Assembly: GCA_947642455.1 (NCBI GenBank)
Contig: CANRSN010000008.1
Location: 15,389 to 79,388, forward strand
Direction: 5' to 3'
Source: an uncultured Clostridiaceae bacterium
GTDB lineage: Bacteria > Bacillota > Clostridia > TANB77 > CAG-508
DNA length: 64,000 nucleotides
The position numbers and the translations under genes were made by a program. Each line of letters begins with the position of its first letter. Within the stretch, counting starts at the first letter, position 1. This document shows positions 59,334 through 64,000 of the stretch, piece after piece. The notes below the pieces were generated by a model, which saw nothing but the letters and a program-made list of their open reading frames with translations, was not told the DNA's origin and made no database searches.

Positions 59334-59873
59334 ATGAATATGAATACTAATAATGAAAGTTTGAAAAAAATGGCAAATGAAGAAATTCGGAAATTTTTCA
59401 CTGGCGAGAATATTCAAGTAAGAGTTGATTACAATTTAGAAGGTAGAATTGAAAGGATTATATTAGAAAATCAAGAAGATAAAAAGAATGCTAAAATTGA
59501 GAGTAATGACAAAGTAGAAACTGATGATGATTACATAATTGTTAATAAAGAACTGGAAGTAACAAATATAATGAATAAAATTGGGATTCCTGTAAGATTA
59601 AAAGGTTATAAATACTTGAGAACAGCTATAATAGAGATAATGGATAAACCAGAACTAATAGAATCCTTATCAAAGGCGTTATATCCTCGGATAGCTGAGA
59701 TATATGACACAAGACCGCAAAGAGTTCAACGTGCTATTCGCACTGCAATAAGTGTTACATGGAAAAAAATACAACCAGAGGTAATTAAAGATATATTTGG
59801 ATATGACATTTCAGAAAAGCCAACTAATTGGCAATTTATATCTATGATAACAGATCTATTTTTGTTGCAATAA
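59334..59873 (+). CDS. Spo0A C-terminal (DNA-binding) domain protein lacking a receiver domain
   Basis: 'IGIPVRLKGYKYLRTAIIEI', 'LYPRIAEIYDTRPQRVQRAIRTAI' and 'KPTNWQFIS' match the Spo0A_C helix pattern. The 80-aa N-terminal region has no receiver motifs. Confidence 0.7.
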   Translation: MNMNTNNESLKKMANEEIRKFFTGENIQVRVDYNLEGRIERIILENQEDKKNAKIESNDKVETDDDYIIVNKELEVTNIMNKIGIPVRLKGYKYLRTAIIEIMDKPELIESLSKALYPRIAEIYDTRPQRVQRAIRTAISVTWKKIQPEVIKDIFGYDISEKPTNWQFISMITDLFLLQ

Positions 59874-59894
59874 AAAGTATCATATTTCATAAAA

Positions 59895-59927
59895 ATGACA
59901 TAGAGTGTATTCTCTGTGTCATTTTTG
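59895..59927 (+). terminator. intrinsic terminator
   Basis: atgacatagag / ctctgtgtcat followed by ttttt. Confidence 0.7.
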
Positions 59928-60090
59928 TTGTTACAATTAACATTTTATAAAATTATATTTCTTAAATAGAAATTGGACTGTGAATTGTAACTTTGTTGTT
60001 ATAACTATTTATTAAAATTAGCAAAATAATATTGGCACAAAAATTAAAATGTGATATACTATCAAAAACAGTATGGGGAGGGTTGACCAA

Positions 60091-62400
60091 ATGGCAAAGG
60101 CGACAAAAGAAATAGAAAAAAAATTAGAAAATATTGGGCTAAATATAGAAAAAGTACCAGCTTGTTTATCAAAAAGAGAAAGTATAAAATTTAGAGCAAG
60201 TAAAACATATGATGATACAAGTTATAAAATATATAAATATATAGATGTAAAAGACATAGAAATATTCATAACATCGTCAGATAGAATGGACGACTTAAAT
60301 CAAAAATTTAAAAAAGCAGACTATTTAATAAATTATATTAAGGTAGAAGAAGAGCAGAGAGTAGAAGACATAGAAAAATACACTACATTTTTAGAACTAT
60401 TAAAAAAATTAGACCTAGAAAAATTAGCAGAATTAGAACAAAGGCAAAAAAAGAGAGATAAAGAAATTCCATATGAAGTAAAATATAAAGAAAGTTACAT
60501 ATGGCAAATATTTTATTCAGTAGAATCAGACAAATACTTTATGTTGTTTCCAAGTAAAGAAAATAATGTAGAAAGCTTATTTTACCTTATTAAGAGAAAA
60601 ATACAAGCACAAAAAACGAAAAAGAAAGAATTAATATATGTACCAATTAGTCAAGCAGATTATACAAATAATTTTTTAAAAAAATCAGAAATATCAGATC
60701 TAGAAAATTACCTATGGCTATTTACAAAATCTTGGCCAACAATATATGAAGTACAAGATAAAAATGAAAAAATAAGTTTACAAATAATAGGGCAAACAGA
60801 AGTATATGAAAAGATGAAAAGCGACTACAAAATAGAATTAAAAGATAAAGAAGAAGCAAGTAAATGCTATAAAATGATAAAAGCATTATTCATATTGCAA
60901 AGTGAAATGCAGCAAGAATACAATTTTAAAACAAGTATAAGTGAAAATGGTGGGATAGAATTCTATTGTGGTTTTAAAAGAATAAACTATGACAACTTAT
61001 CAGAATTTATAAAACAAGAGTTTTTAAGGAATAAAACAGAATTTGAAAAACTTTCAACAGAAACACTGTTTGAAATAGAAAAATTAGAGTTATTAAATAG
61101 AACAATAAAAAAACAAAATGAAGAATATATGGTTAAAGAAAGGCAAATAGTTACATTTTTAGAATGCAAAAAAAGTTTTCTAGGAAAAGTAAAATACTTT
61201 TTTCAGGGGAAAAAAGCTAATAAGAAAATGACAAAAAAGACAAGTGAAGAAAAAATCAAAGAATTTGTAGAAAATGAGCAACAAGAAATCAAAATAGAAG
61301 AAGAAATTATACAAACAAAAGAGTTATATACAATAGAAGATTTATTAGAACTTGGAAAAAAATTAGAAGATAAAAGAAGCAAATATAAAAATATACAAAT
61401 GGATATAAAAGCAGCAGAGAATAAAAAAGAAAATTTGCAAAGAAAAATAAAAAATGCAACATTATATATAAATGAAATAGAGAGTCATAAAAAAAGCATA
61501 TTTGATTTTTGGAAATATGCAAATAAAGATGAAGTAGCGCTATTAACAGAAAGTGAAGAAAAAGAGAAGAATAAAGAAAACGAGAAATTAAAAAAAGTAT
61601 TTGAATATGAAGAAGATATAGAAGAATTAGGAGAAAAAGTAGATGAAAGACAAAGAGAATATTTATCTAAAAATGAATGTGATGCAGTTTTTGCAATAAA
61701 AGTAGATACAGGAGCTTTCAAAATTTTAGATAAACAAAATATTCAAAGAAAAGATATTATAGCACTTGAAAAAGATTTAAAAATGTTAAAACAAGAATAT
61801 GAATATGACATAGAAGATATAGAAGACAAAGATTTTGATATATTCGGAAATGTAGTTGAAGATAAAACAAAAATAAAAATATTAAATAATAGAAAACATA
61901 GAGAATTAGAAAGACAAAAATATGAAATATTAAATATTAATAAAGACACTACTATAGAAGATTATCAAAAGACAATTGAAAATTATTTAACATTATTAAA
62001 AGAAAGTTATGGAAAAATAACTTCAGCTTATGATATGCCAGTATATATAAATGGCTTAAAAGAGACAGAAGAAAAAGGATTCACAATTTGTAATATAAAT
62101 CCAAAAGAAGTTATAGAAAATGCAGAAAATGGAGAAGTGAATTTATATAGGTACAATATCAAAGAAAATATGCCAATAATATATTATAGTAATATTATAT
62201 TTTTTGATAATAAATACGAAACTCTTCCACTTGGAATGGATGTATCTACAGAAGTATTATTGAATTTAAATAATTTTGAAACTAAATTAATTTCAAGAAA
62301 AGATTTTAGAATTAATAGAGTTATTAATGAACAAGAAAATGAAATTAAAATAGTACATTTATATGAATATTCATTATCAAATGTATGTGGGAAGGAATGA
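60091..62400 (+). CDS. large coiled-coil protein of unknown function (about 770 aa)
   Basis: Intact ORF with RBS ggggagg. Long K/E-rich heptad regions. No enzymatic motif seen. Confidence 0.6.
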   Translation: MAKATKEIEKKLENIGLNIEKVPACLSKRESIKFRASKTYDDTSYKIYKYIDVKDIEIFITSSDRMDDLNQKFKKADYLINYIKVEEEQRVEDIEKYTTFLELLKKLDLEKLAELEQRQKKRDKEIPYEVKYKESYIWQIFYSVESDKYFMLFPSKENNVESLFYLIKRKIQAQKTKKKELIYVPISQADYTNNFLKKSEISDLENYLWLFTKSWPTIYEVQDKNEKISLQIIGQTEVYEKMKSDYKIELKDKEEASKCYKMIKALFILQSEMQQEYNFKTSISENGGIEFYCGFKRINYDNLSEFIKQEFLRNKTEFEKLSTETLFEIEKLELLNRTIKKQNEEYMVKERQIVTFLECKKSFLGKVKYFFQGKKANKKMTKKTSEEKIKEFVENEQQEIKIEEEIIQTKELYTIEDLLELGKKLEDKRSKYKNIQMDIKAAENKKENLQRKIKNATLYINEIESHKKSIFDFWKYANKDEVALLTESEEKEKNKENEKLKKVFEYEEDIEELGEKVDERQREYLSKNECDAVFAIKVDTGAFKILDKQNIQRKDIIALEKDLKMLKQEYEYDIEDIEDKDFDIFGNVVEDKTKIKILNNRKHRELERQKYEILNINKDTTIEDYQKTIENYLTLLKESYGKITSAYDMPVYINGLKETEEKGFTICNINPKEVIENAENGEVNLYRYNIKENMPIIYYSNIIFFDNKYETLPLGMDVSTEVLLNLNNFETKLISRKDFRINRVINEQENEIKIVHLYEYSLSNVCGKE

Positions 62401-62407
62401 ATTAAAA

Positions 62408-63571
62408 ATGATAAATAGAGCAATTATTATTGTATTAGATGGTTTTGGAGTAGGAGAACTTCCAGATGCAAATAAATATAAAGATGAAGGAAGTAATACT
62501 TTAAAAGGAATATATAATAATGTGAAATTAAATTTACCTAATATGAAAAAGTTAGGGTTATATAATATAGAAGGAATTGGAATACCAGAACATGAGGAAA
62601 ATCCAATTGGAATGTATGGAAAAGCTGTAGAACAAGCGGAAGGTAAAAACAGTCCTGTGGGTCATTGGGAAATTTCAGGATATATTCAACATCCAGCATT
62701 TACAACATATCCTAATGCTTTTCCAGAAAAAATGTTAAATGAATTTAAAGAGAAAACAGGGGTACAAGGAATTTTATGTAATGAAGTAGGTTCAGGAACA
62801 GAAATACTAAAAAGATTTGGAGAAGAACATATAAAAACAGGTTTCCCAATAATATATACTTCGGCAGATAGCGTATTTCAAATTGCTGCACATGAAGATA
62901 TTATACCAGTAGAAAAATTATACGAAATATGTTTAGTTGCACGAAAAATGCTAGCGAAAAAAGAATACAATGTAGGTACAGTTATTGCAAGACCTTTTAT
63001 TGGTACAAGTAGTGAAAACTTTATAAGAACATATAATAGGAGAGATTTTGAGTCAGAGAGTTTTGGAAGAACTATGCTAGATGTGATAAGTGAAAATGGT
63101 AAAGATGTAATAGCAATAGGAAAAATAGAAGATTTATTTTCAGGTAGAGGTATCACAAAAGCTATTCATACAAAAGGAAATGAAGATGGAATTGAAAAAA
63201 CATTACAAGAATTGAAAGAAGATACATCAGGCTTAATATTTACAAACTTAGTAGACTTTGATATGCTTTATGGTCATAGAAATGATATAATTGGCTATGG
63301 TAAAGCACTTGAGTATTTTGATAGCAAGTTACCAGATATAATTGGCAATCTAAAGGAAGACGACTTATTAATAATAACAGCAGATCATGGAAATGATCCA
63401 TCAACACCTAGCACAGATCACTCAAGAGAGTATATTCCTATATTAATGTATAATAAAAATATGAAAAAAGGTGTAAATATAGGAATAAGAGAAACATATG
63501 CAGATATATCAGCCACTATATTAGAAGAATTAGGATTTGAAAAATTGAAAAATGGAGAAAGAATTTTATAA
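62408..63571 (+). CDS. deoB: phosphopentomutase
   Basis: 'IIVLDGFGVGE', 'SPVGHWE', 'NLVDFDMLYGHRND' and 'TADHGNDP'. Confidence 0.9.
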   Translation: MINRAIIIVLDGFGVGELPDANKYKDEGSNTLKGIYNNVKLNLPNMKKLGLYNIEGIGIPEHEENPIGMYGKAVEQAEGKNSPVGHWEISGYIQHPAFTTYPNAFPEKMLNEFKEKTGVQGILCNEVGSGTEILKRFGEEHIKTGFPIIYTSADSVFQIAAHEDIIPVEKLYEICLVARKMLAKKEYNVGTVIARPFIGTSSENFIRTYNRRDFESESFGRTMLDVISENGKDVIAIGKIEDLFSGRGITKAIHTKGNEDGIEKTLQELKEDTSGLIFTNLVDFDMLYGHRNDIIGYGKALEYFDSKLPDIIGNLKEDDLLIITADHGNDPSTPSTDHSREYIPILMYNKNMKKGVNIGIRETYADISATILEELGFEKLKNGERIL

Positions 63572-63587
63572 TTTAGGGGGAAAACAA

Positions 63588-63755
63588 ATGAATAAAGAAA
63601 AAAGAGGAATACCATTGGTTTTATTAATATTTATAATATTAGTTGTTATTGGAATAATAATATTTGTTATAATGGCTATGGGAAAAAATGATACTGAAGA
63701 AGAACAACATAATCAAAATCAAATAGCTTGCCAAAGATGTGTTCTTGAAACATAA
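63588..63755 (+). CDS. small membrane protein (55 aa)
   Basis: RBS taggggg. Single TM helix 'IPLVLLIFIILVVIGIIIFVIMAM'. Confidence 0.45.
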   Translation: MNKEKRGIPLVLLIFIILVVIGIIIFVIMAMGKNDTEEEQHNQNQIACQRCVLET

Positions 63756-63769
63756 AAGTATCACTAAAC

Positions 63770-64000
63770 ATTCCAAACAAAATTACTAAAACAATTCACA
63801 GCTTAATTTATATTTAGGCAATATGATATTTATTGATGTGTAACCATTCAGATGTCTTAAACTATTTGCTGTGTTATTAATATTTATTTTTAGAAGTTTC
63901 TTACTGGCTTCGTGGGTAGCTCTGGGTCGTGTCCACTCTAGAAGCTTCCCTGCACAAGATTTCTAAAAATAAATATTAATAAATTAGGCAGAATATAAAT
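63770..64000 (+). repeat. nested-palindrome element P4 (runs off the window end)
   Basis: Inner arms 63882-63900 / 63957-63984. Core 'ttactggcttcgtgggtagctctgggtcgtgtccactctagaagcttccctgcacaag'. Confidence 0.8.

Overview
Very AT-rich, low-GC Firmicutes (Clostridia-like, spore-forming) chromosomal window with three parts.

(1) 1-19.4 kb is an accessory, mobile-element-derived island. It holds two homologous oriT-like hairpin regions, MobC plus a MobA/VirD2-type relaxase, and two non-specific His-Me nucleases. It also holds a truncated Dam-type and a frameshifted C5 DNA methyltransferase, and a gene graveyard made of an ABC-ATPase fragment, an IS200 tnpA stub, an IS30-like fragment and an N-truncated YhcG/PDDEXK gene. 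Other content is an exonuclease-BRCT protein, GNAT, an XRE regulator, a SAM methyltransferase, a DHH phosphoesterase, small membrane proteins and several repeated structured non-coding modules.

(2) 19.5-25.7 kb is a membrane/envelope operon: PBP-vWA, XpaC-like, PBP-like and TelA-like proteins plus a secreted tandem-repeat protein.

(3) 25.8-64 kb is core housekeeping: dapF/dapL, rpsO-pnp, a GT2, mutS2, hicAB and a complete fab/acc cluster (fabH-D-G-F, accB, fabZ, accC, fabK, accD, accA, fabI). Sporulation-associated genes follow (yyaC, M23, M50/SpoIVFB-like, ylbJ), then mfd, a SpoU methyltransferase, asnS, a receiver-less Spo0A-C-like protein and deoB.

No rRNA, tRNA or CRISPR array was recognised by eye.

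The most unusual signals are non-coding:
- A dispersed ~220-bp nested-palindrome element encloses a conserved, strand-asymmetric ~57-nt core. There are four copies plus fragments.
- A second hairpin-rich repeat family brackets the DHH cassette.
- A twin module of consensus promoter, palindromic operator and terminator suggests ~75-nt sRNAs.

At least six genes show single-nucleotide frame breaks, which may be sequencing indels or real decay.
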